Shown here: piece by piece, positions 1 through 10,341 of the stretch
How positions within the stretch are numbered: the stretch's first letter is position 1
Layout: every line of letters begins with the position of its first letter
DNA from: an uncultured Spirochaetota bacterium
Lineage (GTDB): Bacteria; Spirochaetota; Brevinematia; Brevinematales; JAOACQ01
DNA length: 64,000 nucleotides
Assembly: GCA_963783575.1 (NCBI GenBank)
Contig: CAWAOD010000018.1
Span: 96,001 to 160,000, forward strand
Direction: 5' to 3'
Notes under the pieces: model-generated
The model's database searches: none
Told to the model about the DNA's origin: nothing
The model's input: only the letters and a program-made list of their open reading frames with translations
Program-made: the position numbers and the translations under genes

Positions 1-1104
1 CTCATCGATGATTTCATAAGCCTGATTAATTTTATTTTCCTCAAGTAATTCTTTCCGCATCAATTCTTCAACAATTTCATGAGCATTTATAATTTTGTCC
101 CTATCAAGCATTTCCCTTCTTCCCAATTCTTCAACCACTTCATGCGCGGAGTTTATTTTATCCTTTTCTATAAGATCTCTTCTAACATATTCCTCAACTA
201 TTTCATGAGCGTTATTTATCGCATCCCTTTCTATCAGTTCTTTTCGGGCAAGCTCGGCTACTATCTCATGAGCTTTATTAATTTTATCAAGGGTTATAAG
301 CTCCTGCCTAGATATTTCTTCAACTTTTTGATAAGCCTGTATGATCTGATCATCGGAAAGCCTTTCATTCCTGCAGAACTCCTGTACGTTTTCGTATGCT
401 TTAATAATCGACATCAATTCCACCATTTTATTCCTTTTAACCTCATCAATTATTTCAAAGGCAGATAAAATTTTATTGTCCGATATCCTTTCCTGTCTAT
501 GCAATTCTTCAATATGCTCATAAGCATCAAGCAATTGGTAAAGATCATTAGATTTTAATACATCATGGTAATCGAAATCGGTTCCATGAAATTTTCTTTT
601 TGAAAGTTTTTCCGCGATAATTTTAGCTCTTTCCAGATTGTCATCACTGATTATTTTTTCTTTTGCCAATTCTTTTATAATTTCCAGAGATGCCAGATCA
701 TTATTGGCTTTCTTCAATTCTTTACTAGCAAGGTCAAAAGTGTTTTCATAAGCCTTGATAATTTTATCCTTTTCGATTTGTTCCTGACGAGCCATTTCTT
801 CAGCAATTTCAAGGGCTGTTATTTCGCGGTTCTGTTCTATCTGCTCCTGGCGGGAAAGATCCTGAACAATATTTTGAGCATTAAGTATTTTTTCTTTTTC
901 AATCTGTTCCTGTCTTGCAAATTCTTCATTAATCTCATGCGCATCCAGAAGTTTATCCCTATCGATTAATTCCTGACGTGTCAATAATGATACTTTCTCA
1001 TACATCTCAATAATTTTATTGGATTCCTTCAAATCATGATTTAAGTTTTCTATTTCTTTTTTTAATTCTATTAATTCATTTTGATCGTTTTTATCTTCTG
1101 TCAT
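1..1104 (-). CDS. Coiled-coil protein built from 21-aa tandem repeats (3' end runs off the window)
   Basis: Manual translation from ATG at 1104 (RBS GGGAGG at 1110-1115) gives 368 codons with no stop up to position 1. Repeats include RQELIDRDKLLDAHEINEEFA and RKELIERDAINNAHEIVEEYV. Absent from the ORF track because the stop lies outside the window. Confidence 0.85.
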   Translation of the reverse strand, partial: MTEDKNDQNELIELKKEIENLNHDLKESNKIIEMYEKVSLLTRQELIDRDKLLDAHEINEEFARQEQIEKEKILNAQNIVQDLSRQEQIEQNREITALEIAEEMARQEQIEKDKIIKAYENTFDLASKELKKANNDLASLEIIKELAKEKIISDDNLERAKIIAEKLSKRKFHGTDFDYHDVLKSNDLYQLLDAYEHIEELHRQERISDNKILSAFEIIDEVKRNKMVELMSIIKAYENVQEFCRNERLSDDQIIQAYQKVEEISRQELITLDKINKAHEIVAELARKELIERDAINNAHEIVEEYVRRDLIEKDKINSAHEVVEELGRREMLDRDKIINAHEIVEELMRKELLEENKINQAYEIIDE

Positions 1105-1304
1105 AAATGCCTCCCGATTAACAAGAGTTTTGCTAAAAAACGTTACTGTTACGATACATCAATTTTTAGAATGTGTTCTGTTAAATTACAATACTATGAA
1201 AATAGCTTCAGGGATAGCCTAATTAAAATATATATAATTATACACCTTTTTTTAATTATAGCAATAAAATAAAAGTTTATAAAAACAAAGTTTTTACAGA
1301 ATAT

Positions 1305-2361
1305 TCAGTAAATAAACATAGCATCGCCATAACTTAAAAATCGATATTTAGAATCTATTGCATGCTTATATGCCTTTTGAATTAATTCCTTACCGCCAAA
1401 TGATTGAACTAGTAGCAGTAATGTAGATTTGGGCATATGAAAGTTTGTGATCATCGCATCGACAACTTTAAATGGAAACTCCCCTTTAATAAAAAGGTTT
1501 GTAGAACCACTGAAATAGTTCCAATCATTAAAATCTGAAGAATCTATTGCCATGGTTTCCAAAGCCCTGACTACAGTTGTTCCTACAGCTATAATCCTTT
1601 TTTTATTATTTCTGGTATATTTTAAAATTTCTATTGTCTTTTCAGGGATTTCAACCGCTTCACTGTGTATCTCAAAATCATCAACAGCTCTTATATCTAT
1701 TGGCTTGAAAGTACCGGGACCGACATGCAGAGTAATATATGCTATAGCCGCAGATTTATTTTTAATCTTTTCCATTAATCTCTCAGTTAAATGAAGCGAA
1801 GCGGTTGGCGCTGCAACAGAACCATTGTTTTTTGCGTTAATGCTTTGGTACCAAAAACTGTCCTCTACAAAATAATCCGGTAGATTAAGACTTTTCCTTT
1901 TTTTCAGAATATAAGGCGGAAGCGGTACCTCTCCGATTTTATCTATATCTTTATAATCCAAAGTTTGCATAAATTCAATGTGCCGCGTATCTTTATCCCA
2001 GTCCAAAATAATAGCTTCTTTATCCTGAAATTTAACCTTTGTACCGGCTTGAATTTTTCGTGAGTTTTTCACTAAAGCAGTCCAATGTTTGTTATCCTTT
2101 TTTTCTATAAGAAGCAGTTCAATTTTTTTTTGCCCGCCCTCAATTAATCCTATTAAACGGGCTTTATAAACCCTTGTATCATTAAGCACAAGGCAATCAC
2201 CTTCCTGAATATAATTGATAAAAGATTTAAAATTTTCATCCAGGAAAGTTTCCTTCTTTTTTTGAAATTACAAGTAATCTTGATTCATCCCTGACAACTA
2301 CAGGCTTTACCGCAATTAGTTCCTGCGGTAATTTATAATCGATATCTTCAATTTTATTCAT
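1305..2361 (-). CDS. queA: S-adenosylmethionine:tRNA ribosyltransferase-isomerase QueA (frameshift at ~2257-2263)
   Basis: Motifs LNDTRV, GEVPLPPYI, GSVAAPTASLH, TLHVGPGTF, VGTTVVRALE, TNFHMPKSTL, YRFLSYGDAM. The N-terminus (MNKIEDIDYKLPQELIA...RDESRLLV) starts at 2361 in a different frame and joins at an A7 run. Confidence 0.92.
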
Positions 2362-2371
2362 AATCCCTCAT

Positions 2372-2992
2372 TTAAATGAAATTTCTATAAATTTCTTTAA
2401 AATCTTTCAAAATAAAAACCTCTTCATGTCCGGGATAAACAACTGTTTCATCAGGCAGACTAACAATTTTCCGAATCGATTCTTTCATTTTTTCAAAACT
2501 GCTGCCAGGAAAATCAGTCCTGCCAATCGAATCGGGAAAAATAAAATCACCAGAAATGAGACTATTATTCTCTTTTTGATAAAGGGCAATGCTTCCCATT
2601 GTGTGGCCAGGAACAAATATAACCCTGAAACTCAATTCTTCTAGATCAATGCAATAATCCTCGTCCCGAATTTGAATATCCGGCGGTTCCGATACAATCG
2701 GGTTCCCTGTAAATAATGAAAGGTTTTTAGCCGGATTATTAAGCATCGCCGCATCTAAAGCATGAATAATAATCAAGGAATTCTTTTTTGATTTAATAAA
2801 ACTATTTCCACCAATGTGATCAAAATGACCATGTGTATTGATGATATATTTAACATTCAGATTTTTTATAGCATTCCCCAGCTCCAAAGAAACAGTTGAT
2901 GGATCAATAATAATTGCACTTGATCTATTTTTTGAAGTAATAATGTATGTATTTGAAAAAAATGATCCGTATTCAATTTTATTTATTTCCAT
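2372..2992 (-). CDS. Metallo-beta-lactamase fold hydrolase (glyoxalase II/YcbL-like)
   Basis: THGHFDHIGG, PGHTMGS, GDFIF..SIGRTDFPG, YPGH motifs. Confidence 0.88.
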   Translation of the reverse strand: MEINKIEYGSFFSNTYIITSKNRSSAIIIDPSTVSLELGNAIKNLNVKYIINTHGHFDHIGGNSFIKSKKNSLIIIHALDAAMLNNPAKNLSLFTGNPIVSEPPDIQIRDEDYCIDLEELSFRVIFVPGHTMGSIALYQKENNSLISGDFIFPDSIGRTDFPGSSFEKMKESIRKIVSLPDETVVYPGHEEVFILKDFKEIYRNFI

Positions 2993-3200
2993 ATTCTACC
3001 TGTCAAGTCAGTTTTATCAAATAAATTTTAACATAAGCCTCTTAATGTATCAAATCAAAATTTGAAAATTTATTATTTCTTTTTGCCCCATAATCTTATT
3101 TGATATTTTATTTAATACACATTATAATTAACTGTCGATATGCTAATTAATTGCAAAGTTAAGATAAGTAATCGCAATAAAATGTTAGTTTGAGGTAATT

Positions 3201-4901
3201 ATGGAACAGGGTTATGAAAAGAGGATGCTTATTGTATTTCTTATATCATTTCTAATATTGATCGGATATATGTATTTTATGCCCAAATATTCCCGGCAAA
3301 ATATATTACAGAACACTAATTCTACAGTTGTAAATTCACCAACTATAACGAATATTGTGGAAAATGAATCGGCAGTGATTGTGACAAATAGTGTAAAATT
3401 TGTTTTTAAAGTTCCTGCCACTAATATTGATTTATCATACAGTAATGAAATGCAACTAAGAATTGACAGTATCGGAGCAAGAATTTCAGGTATATCGATA
3501 AACGGTAAATGGAATAGAAAGAATACTCCGGTACAGCTAATATCCCCAGATCTTGCGTTCAAACCCGGTGATACCGGTTTCGGGAATCTGCAGAATCAGC
3601 GGAATATAAGTGAAAGACCATTCTTTATAATTAAAGACACAAATTCAGTAAGCGTTACGATGATTGCCGACATCGACGTTAAAAGCAACAGGATTGAGAT
3701 GACAAAAGCATATACAATCAGCAGCAATTATCAATTTAAAGAAGAAATTGCGGTTAAAAATCTATCAAAAAAAACAGTAAAGCTTGATTTTAACGGTAAA
3801 TCATTTTCCGTTGGGACGAGTTATTCATTTATAACAAAGGAGCTTGCAAATTCAGGAAATCCTTTGACAGCACAATATTTTGACGGCAAAAACCTTCACC
3901 GGGCTCTCAGTTCAGGTTTTTTAAAGGCAAGGGACAGATTTACAACTGTAAATAACCCTCCGTGGCTTTGTTTAAATGACAATTATTTCATATCAATTAT
4001 GAAACCTGAATTTACCGATTATTCCGGAGTTTTTGTGCTGGTAAAAGAAGAAAAGATATTCAGCGAAGAGGCTTACGGTATTGAAATACCCGCCATAACC
4101 CTCGATCCCGGCGAATCAAAGAGTTTCAGGATTTCCTATTATGCGGGGCCTAAGAAAGAATCCATCTTACAAAATATTGATAAATCTTATAAAATAATTT
4201 TTGCCTGGGCGCCTTACTTTAATTGGTTCATGAAACCTATAGAATGGGTGATGTATAAAGTAATGTCCTTATTATCAGCATTCATTTCAAACTGGGGCAT
4301 TATAATCATCATATTATCGCTTTTAATAAAATTATTATTATCCCCGCTATCATTCCAAGCTGCTATTTCAATAAAAAGATCGAATATTATTCAGCCAAAA
4401 ATTAAAGCCTTACAGGAAAAATATAAAGATGATCAGAAGACTCTTAACGAAAAGATAGCTGAACTTTACAAAAAGGAAGGTGTCAATCCTCTGGGCGGGT
4501 GTTTCCCTATTTTGTTCCAGGTTCCGGTTTTCTTTGCTTTGTACAGGGTTTTATCGACTTCCGTTGAATTAAAAGATGCCACATTTTTATGGATCAGAGA
4601 CTTAACACAGCCGGATACTCTTTTTAAAATGAGCATTCCCTTCCTGCCCAATAATTTCAATTTACTGCCGATCATTATGACCATAATCCAGTTAATCCAG
4701 ATGAAGCTGTCATCTATGAAGACAACTGCAAACCCTCAGCAGAACGCTATGAATACCTACCTATTGCCGATAGTATTCCTGTTCATTTTCTGGGGAATGC
4801 CTTCCGGACTTGTTCTTTATTGGACAATACAAAATGTTTATTCAATTATTGAACAGGAATTCGTCAACATGGATCGACAAATCAAATTGAAAAAGAAGTA
4901 A
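3201..4901 (+). CDS. yidC: Membrane protein insertase YidC
   Basis: N-terminal TM, large periplasmic domain, YAGPK, NWGIIII, GVNPLGGCFPILFQVPVFFALY, FLWIRDLTQPD, PSGLVLYW. Confidence 0.95.
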   Translation: MEQGYEKRMLIVFLISFLILIGYMYFMPKYSRQNILQNTNSTVVNSPTITNIVENESAVIVTNSVKFVFKVPATNIDLSYSNEMQLRIDSIGARISGISINGKWNRKNTPVQLISPDLAFKPGDTGFGNLQNQRNISERPFFIIKDTNSVSVTMIADIDVKSNRIEMTKAYTISSNYQFKEEIAVKNLSKKTVKLDFNGKSFSVGTSYSFITKELANSGNPLTAQYFDGKNLHRALSSGFLKARDRFTTVNNPPWLCLNDNYFISIMKPEFTDYSGVFVLVKEEKIFSEEAYGIEIPAITLDPGESKSFRISYYAGPKKESILQNIDKSYKIIFAWAPYFNWFMKPIEWVMYKVMSLLSAFISNWGIIIIILSLLIKLLLSPLSFQAAISIKRSNIIQPKIKALQEKYKDDQKTLNEKIAELYKKEGVNPLGGCFPILFQVPVFFALYRVLSTSVELKDATFLWIRDLTQPDTLFKMSIPFLPNNFNLLPIIMTIIQLIQMKLSSMKTTANPQQNAMNTYLLPIVFLFIFWGMPSGLVLYWTIQNVYSIIEQEFVNMDRQIKLKKK

Positions 4902-4922
4902 AGGGTTCAATGAGACTATAAT

Positions 4923-6299
4923 ATGGCAATGTATGATACGATTATAGCAATCTCAACCCCGATCGGTGAAAGCGCGGTCGGGGTTCTTCGTTTGAGTGGA
5001 AGTGAAGCTATCGGTTATTGCAGCAAAATTTTGAATAAAAGCAATGCACTTCAAAACCAAACCAGCTATACTATAAAATATTACAGGATTATAGACCCTG
5101 AAACCCTTGATATTATTGATGATACGCTGATCACAGTATTCAAATCGCCTCATTCATATACAGGCGAGGATATTGTTGAAATATCCTGCCATGGTAGTCC
5201 TTTTATTCTAAAAAAAGTTTTTAATATATTCTTAAAACTGGGCGTTCGTCCTGCTGAACCTGGTGAATTTACTGAAAGGGCTTATCTTAATGGTAAAATG
5301 GATTTGACACAGGCGGAGGCTGTCAATGATCTAATTAGAGCCCATACAGAATTCGCAAGGTTATCCGCTCAGAATCAGATTCAGGGAAAGTTTTCCGGTA
5401 TTATCTCCAATATACATTCAAAAATACTGGATTTATTATCTCAAATAGAGGCCGGTATCGATCACAGTGATTTGGATGAGATATTTATCGATGCTATGGA
5501 AATTAAAGATAGAATAATGAATATCCGAGAAGAGATTTTTACACTTCTGAAAACAGCCGTAACAGGTAAAATAACCAGAGAAGGCATTAAAATAGCCATA
5601 ATCGGAGCACCGAATACTGGAAAATCCAGCCTAATGAATTACCTGCTTCAGGAAGACAGAGTGATTGTATCTGAAATACCTGGAACAACCAGGGATTTAA
5701 TTGAAGAAGAACTTAATATAAGTGGAATTTCTGTAAGAATTTCCGATACCGCAGGTATTCAAGATACAAATGATGTGCTTGAAATCAAAGGAATAGAAAG
5801 AACTAAAAAGGCAATCAGGGAATCGGATTTAAGAATAATGCTTTTTGACAGTTCACGGATGATTTCTCCGGATGATGAAATGATTTTTCATATGGTTAAA
5901 GATTTAAAATGCATATATGTTCTAAATAAAAGAGATTTACCCGAAATTATTACCGGAAATATCATTTATAAAAAATTCAATATCAAAGCCATTCCTGTTT
6001 CAATAATTGATAAAAATGGGATAGACCTGATTGAAAAGGCCATTGTAGATTTCTATTATTCTTTCGGATTCAATCCGGCAAGGGATGTTCTTGTAACAAA
6101 TGCCCGCCAGGAAGAACTCCTTAATAAAACCGAACGGTATCTTTTTAAAGCTTTATCTGCACTCGATCATAACCTTTCGGAAGAATTTATTGCAAGCGAT
6201 ATCCGTAAAGCATTGATAAGCATTGAGGAAATCACAGGTAAAAGCTCTGATGATGAAGTATTAAAAAGGATATTTTCAAAATTCTGTATTGGCAAATAA
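4923..6299 (+). CDS. mnmE: tRNA modification GTPase MnmE (TrmE)
   Basis: DTIIAISTP, SYTGEDIVEISCHG, PGEFTERAYLNGKMDL, GAPNTGKSS, PGTTRD, DTAG, C-terminal FSKFCIGK. Confidence 0.97.
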   Translation: MAMYDTIIAISTPIGESAVGVLRLSGSEAIGYCSKILNKSNALQNQTSYTIKYYRIIDPETLDIIDDTLITVFKSPHSYTGEDIVEISCHGSPFILKKVFNIFLKLGVRPAEPGEFTERAYLNGKMDLTQAEAVNDLIRAHTEFARLSAQNQIQGKFSGIISNIHSKILDLLSQIEAGIDHSDLDEIFIDAMEIKDRIMNIREEIFTLLKTAVTGKITREGIKIAIIGAPNTGKSSLMNYLLQEDRVIVSEIPGTTRDLIEEELNISGISVRISDTAGIQDTNDVLEIKGIERTKKAIRESDLRIMLFDSSRMISPDDEMIFHMVKDLKCIYVLNKRDLPEIITGNIIYKKFNIKAIPVSIIDKNGIDLIEKAIVDFYYSFGFNPARDVLVTNARQEELLNKTERYLFKALSALDHNLSEEFIASDIRKALISIEEITGKSSDDEVLKRIFSKFCIGK

Positions 6300-6360
6300 G
6301 CAGCCTGATGTTGCATCTAAAACTAATTAAGTCATTATTTAACACATAGCTTAACTACAA

Positions 6361-8625
6361 TTAAGCATGTAATTTACCTGTTGTAACAAGCTTTACATCC
6401 CACCCGTCGAAATCATAAATATTTTTATAGCGGTAATAATTAACAAGAATTTTTTTTATATATTCCCTTGTTTCGGAGTAGGGGACAATTTCCATAAGTT
6501 CATACTCATTACCCGGATAAAATTTTTGTATGGTTTTATTTATAATTCTGATCCCGCCGTTATAAGAAGCAATTGCTGTTAACAATCCGTAAGATTCAAT
6601 ACTATCATTGAGAAATTTCGTCCCCAGAAGAATGTTGTGGGAGGTATTAAATAAATTAATATTTTTCCTTTCCAGGATTTTATTTGAAACGAGCCGCGCG
6701 GTAGATGGCATTATCTGCATAAGACCCCTGGCTCCTGCACTTGATTTTGCTAACGGAATATACATACTTTCACCTCGAATAACCGAATAAATAAGATATT
6801 TATCCGAAAAGCTGGTTTCAAGTTTGCTTAAAGCCAGCTTTATTTCACTCTCATAAGGCTGAGGATAAAGTAAAATCTGCAGATCTCTGGAAAGAATGGA
6901 AAAATTTTCATTTATAAATTCTGATTTTTCCAGATCAATATAAATTGATCTAGCAAGCTCGAAATTCTTATTTTTTACCAATTCTTTCAGAATAAGTAGA
7001 TTTTGTTCATCCACATCGGAAATATCAGCCGAGGTAAGGATTGCCCTGGCTCTTTCAAGCATACCGAATCTTGTATAGACTATGAACTTGATATTATTCT
7101 CATTATTTTTTATCCTGTTTAAAACACCGGAGTTAAAATCCAGTAGCACATTATTATCGATTTTTTTAGTTAATTCGATTAAATCTTCCCTTATAGATTC
7201 TCTTTCAATACCTTTCTTGTAAGAATACAATAATCTTCCATAATAAAGCCTGGAATTAATATCGCTGTTGTTTTTATATCTTTCTTGAATGGAATTAATA
7301 TAATCATTTTCTGATAAATTCTTTTCCTGAAGAATTGAATCAATAAATGCTCGTGAAAGGATTGCATAATATCCATCAGGAATTTTAGAAATAGAACTTT
7401 CAAAAAATTCCTTTGCTTTATTTTTATCATTAAGCATATATGCAGAATATCCGTTCCAGAAGCAAATATAATCGCTCATATTTCCAGATTTCAAATCCAT
7501 ATTAAGAACCGAATAACTGTCTTCTATAATATTTGTAATATCAGCATATTTTTTAAAGGCCAATAAATTTCTAACCGCAAGAGGTAAATTCTTGTTTATA
7601 TAAGTTATATCAACATCGCCACTTAAGTATTTATTATAATAATCCAGAGCTTTTTTGTCATTATATCTTGCTTTTCTGGAAATCGGCCATAATAATTTAT
7701 AATAATATGATCCCCTGATTAAACCCGACCGGCTTTGAATTGTATTTTTAGATAATGAAAACAAATCCATCATTTCTTTATAAATTGGCAAATATTCGAT
7801 ATCTTCTTTCAACCGAAAAAGAAAATCTTTAACAAACGGCTGCCTGCAATTATAAACAATATCATAAGCAATGTTTTCAGTTTCCTGATAATCCGGTCTG
7901 TATTGTCTAATATATTTATCTGCCAAACATGAGTATTCCTCGTATTGATGCACCTTTGAAAGAGTTTTCAAAATCTTCTTTTTTTCAATTCTGGTATAAT
8001 TATCCCACTCCGACACAATTATTTTACAAAAATACGGTACAAATTCATCATCCAATTTATCAACATTGACAAGGTATTTACCGCTTATATCTGTTTTATT
8101 TAGCTGGTAGTAAAGTCTGGAAAGCATAAAATTCACTTCATTTTTTTTATAAAATCTGTTTTGATTTTTATTTGTTTCTATAATCTGGACTGCTTTCTGC
8201 AGTAGATTATCATTTTCATATAGACTGGCCATTTGAAGCATTGCATCGGTTTTTGACAATGAGTCTCCGGAATCCTTCAGCATTGATAGAAGTATTTCTT
8301 TTGTTTTTGATCTGTTTCCAAGACAGCCGTAAGCTTTTGCCAGTAAAAGATCTACATCATCTTTTAAAATAAAATTATTATTCCTGTTTTTAAGACCTTC
8401 CAGCTTCATTATTACATATTTCAAATCCTTTTCTTTTATATTGATAAAATTTAATGCAGAATACATTTGTTTAAATAATTCCAGATCTGAATATTGCTGT
8501 TCGATGGTATTTTGGATATAAAAATCCATAGTTGGTTCCAATGAGAATAGCATAACGGAAACCAAGACAATAATACAAATAATAATTTGTGTAACAAAAA
8601 CTTTCTTTGATCGTCCGGTAAACAT
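6361..8625 (-). CDS. Lytic transglycosylase (SLT domain) with N-terminal anchor and TPR-like helical region
   Basis: C-terminal IRGES..AKSSAGARGLMQIMPSTA, NILLGTKFL, ASYNGG, PYSETREYIKKI. Confidence 0.88.
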   Translation of the reverse strand: MFTGRSKKVFVTQIIICIIVLVSVMLFSLEPTMDFYIQNTIEQQYSDLELFKQMYSALNFINIKEKDLKYVIMKLEGLKNRNNNFILKDDVDLLLAKAYGCLGNRSKTKEILLSMLKDSGDSLSKTDAMLQMASLYENDNLLQKAVQIIETNKNQNRFYKKNEVNFMLSRLYYQLNKTDISGKYLVNVDKLDDEFVPYFCKIIVSEWDNYTRIEKKKILKTLSKVHQYEEYSCLADKYIRQYRPDYQETENIAYDIVYNCRQPFVKDFLFRLKEDIEYLPIYKEMMDLFSLSKNTIQSRSGLIRGSYYYKLLWPISRKARYNDKKALDYYNKYLSGDVDITYINKNLPLAVRNLLAFKKYADITNIIEDSYSVLNMDLKSGNMSDYICFWNGYSAYMLNDKNKAKEFFESSISKIPDGYYAILSRAFIDSILQEKNLSENDYINSIQERYKNNSDINSRLYYGRLLYSYKKGIERESIREDLIELTKKIDNNVLLDFNSGVLNRIKNNENNIKFIVYTRFGMLERARAILTSADISDVDEQNLLILKELVKNKNFELARSIYIDLEKSEFINENFSILSRDLQILLYPQPYESEIKLALSKLETSFSDKYLIYSVIRGESMYIPLAKSSAGARGLMQIMPSTARLVSNKILERKNINLFNTSHNILLGTKFLNDSIESYGLLTAIASYNGGIRIINKTIQKFYPGNEYELMEIVPYSETREYIKKILVNYYRYKNIYDFDGWDVKLVTTGKLHA

Positions 8626-8845
8626 TTCAAGCCCCTTTGTTATAATAAAACCCCGTATTAACTTAATAATGGCTATTCAATTATAAATAATTAACCTTAA
8701 CTGTATAAAATTTTAGTAAGCAATTTTATTCAACCAGCTATGCATTATGGTTCGATATAATTGAATATGAATTTTAATGATAAATTAACAGGATGTCAAA
8801 TAAACTATAAGTATAAGAATAACATAATCCAATTGATTGAAGAGT

Positions 8846-8879
8846 ATAAAAAGGGGCGTAATTATACGTCCCTTTTTAT
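8846..8879 (-). terminator. Probable intrinsic terminator downstream of flgG
   Basis: ATAAAAAGGGGCGTA-ATTA-TACGTCCCTTTTTAT inverted repeat with A/T tails on both sides (one imperfect pair). Confidence 0.6.
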
Positions 8880-8923
8880 TATTCTGAATATTGTTTATTT
8901 TATTTGGTCAAGCGGTACGCTTG

Positions 8924-9718
8924 TTAGCGTTTTAAGCTATTGGCAGTTCCAAGCATTGAATCGCTTGTTTGAATCGAACGTGAATTGAATTCATAAGCCC
9001 TTTGGGCTACAATCATATCAACCATTTCCTGCACTGCATTAACATTAGACATTTCAAGAAAACTTTGATTTACCGAGCCATATCCTTCAAGAGAGGGGAC
9101 TCCTTGAACGGCAGGTCCGGATGCAGCACTTTCCTTGGCAAAATTTTCACCTGTATTAGTCAACCCCGCAGGATTAATAAAGCGGTACAATGAAATCCTT
9201 CCAACCTCAACATCTTCATCGCTTCCTGCAATTTTGACCGTGACCAATCCATCCTTAGAAATAGTAAGTGATCCCATATCAAAGTTATTGGGCAGAACAA
9301 CTGGTGGATTAAGCCTGTATCCCTGAGAAGTTACTATTTCCATGTTACTGTCAATCTTTAAAGACCCGTCCCTAGTATATGCCTGTGTTCCATCGGGAAG
9401 TGTAATACCCAAAAAACCCTCGCCCTGGATTGCCAGATCAAGTTTATTACCGGTATTCTGGAGGCTTCCCTGAGTATAAAATTTTTGTGTTGCCGAAGGT
9501 CTAACACCTAGACCGACCTGAATCCCTGTTGGATATTGGCTTATCTCAGAAGATGGTGTACCGGCAAGCCTTACGGTTTGATAAAGCAGGTCTTCAAACT
9601 CGGCCCTTGATTTTTTATAGCCGGATGTATTTACGTTTGCAAGATTATTTGCAATTGTATCAATATGGAATTGCTCGCCGATCATTCCTGCCGCGGCAGT
9701 CCAAAGTGATCTCATCAT
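8924..9718 (-). CDS. flgG: Flagellar basal-body distal rod protein FlgG
   Basis: MMRSLWTAAAGM, IANNLANVNTSGYKKSRAEFEDLLYQ, DLAIQGEGF, YTRDGS, FLEMSNVNAVQEMVDMIVAQRAYEFNSR; RBS GGAGG. Confidence 0.95.
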   Translation of the reverse strand: MMRSLWTAAAGMIGEQFHIDTIANNLANVNTSGYKKSRAEFEDLLYQTVRLAGTPSSEISQYPTGIQVGLGVRPSATQKFYTQGSLQNTGNKLDLAIQGEGFLGITLPDGTQAYTRDGSLKIDSNMEIVTSQGYRLNPPVVLPNNFDMGSLTISKDGLVTVKIAGSDEDVEVGRISLYRFINPAGLTNTGENFAKESAASGPAVQGVPSLEGYGSVNQSFLEMSNVNAVQEMVDMIVAQRAYEFNSRSIQTSDSMLGTANSLKR

Positions 9719-9791
9719 AATACTACTCCTCCAGATTATATATAATCAATCGGAATAATATATTTTTTAATGAGAAATATATTATTTTTAT

Positions 9792-10202
9792 CTATCTGGA
9801 TAGAACAGTTTCAAGGGAATCATTCTTTTTATAAACTGTCCCCTGGAATAAAGCAATTTTATCATTATTATCATCGGTGACTGTAATAATGTATGTCGCT
9901 AGTTTCGGGTTAATCGAGATTTCTTTGGCACTGGCATAAAGAATTCCTTTTTTTACCGCTTTAAAATAAGAAATACTGACATTTATAGCCATAGCCAGAG
10001 TCCCATGAGAATTAGAAGCTACAGCGAATACTGCATCTGCTAAAGAAAAAATGGCTCCGCCATGAACAGTGCCTGCGCTATTCATAAGATCATTATTAAT
10101 TGGCATTTTTGCCTTGGCCCTGCCTTTATCATACTCAATCATTACAATTCCAAGTTTCTCGGCAAAAGCATCATTATCGATAAATCTTTTTAATATATCC
10201 AT
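9792..10202 (-). CDS. PaaI-family hotdog-fold thioesterase
   Basis: DAFAEKLGI, NSAGTVHGGAIFSLADAVFAVASNSHG. Confidence 0.88.
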   Translation of the reverse strand: MDILKRFIDNDAFAEKLGIVMIEYDKGRAKAKMPINNDLMNSAGTVHGGAIFSLADAVFAVASNSHGTLAMAINVSISYFKAVKKGILYASAKEISINPKLATYIITVTDDNNDKIALFQGTVYKKNDSLETVLSR

Positions 10203-10341
10203 CAGTAATCCTCCTAATTTATTGATTTAATATTGTAAGAATTTATTACAGCTTTATCAATGATTTATAATATTCATATTTCAAACTAGTATTAATTGTT
10301 AGTATTAGCTTTCTCTTTTATAATAATTCCAGGAAGATAAA

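Noticed and set aside
79..1272. Plus-strand ORFs 79-468, 778-969 and 1081-1272
   Set aside because: Phe/Asn-rich antisense shadows of the minus-strand repeat gene and its leader.
1110..3200. preQ1 riboswitch near queA
   Set aside because: No preQ1-I stem/loop with A-rich tail recognisable upstream of the MBL-queA unit.
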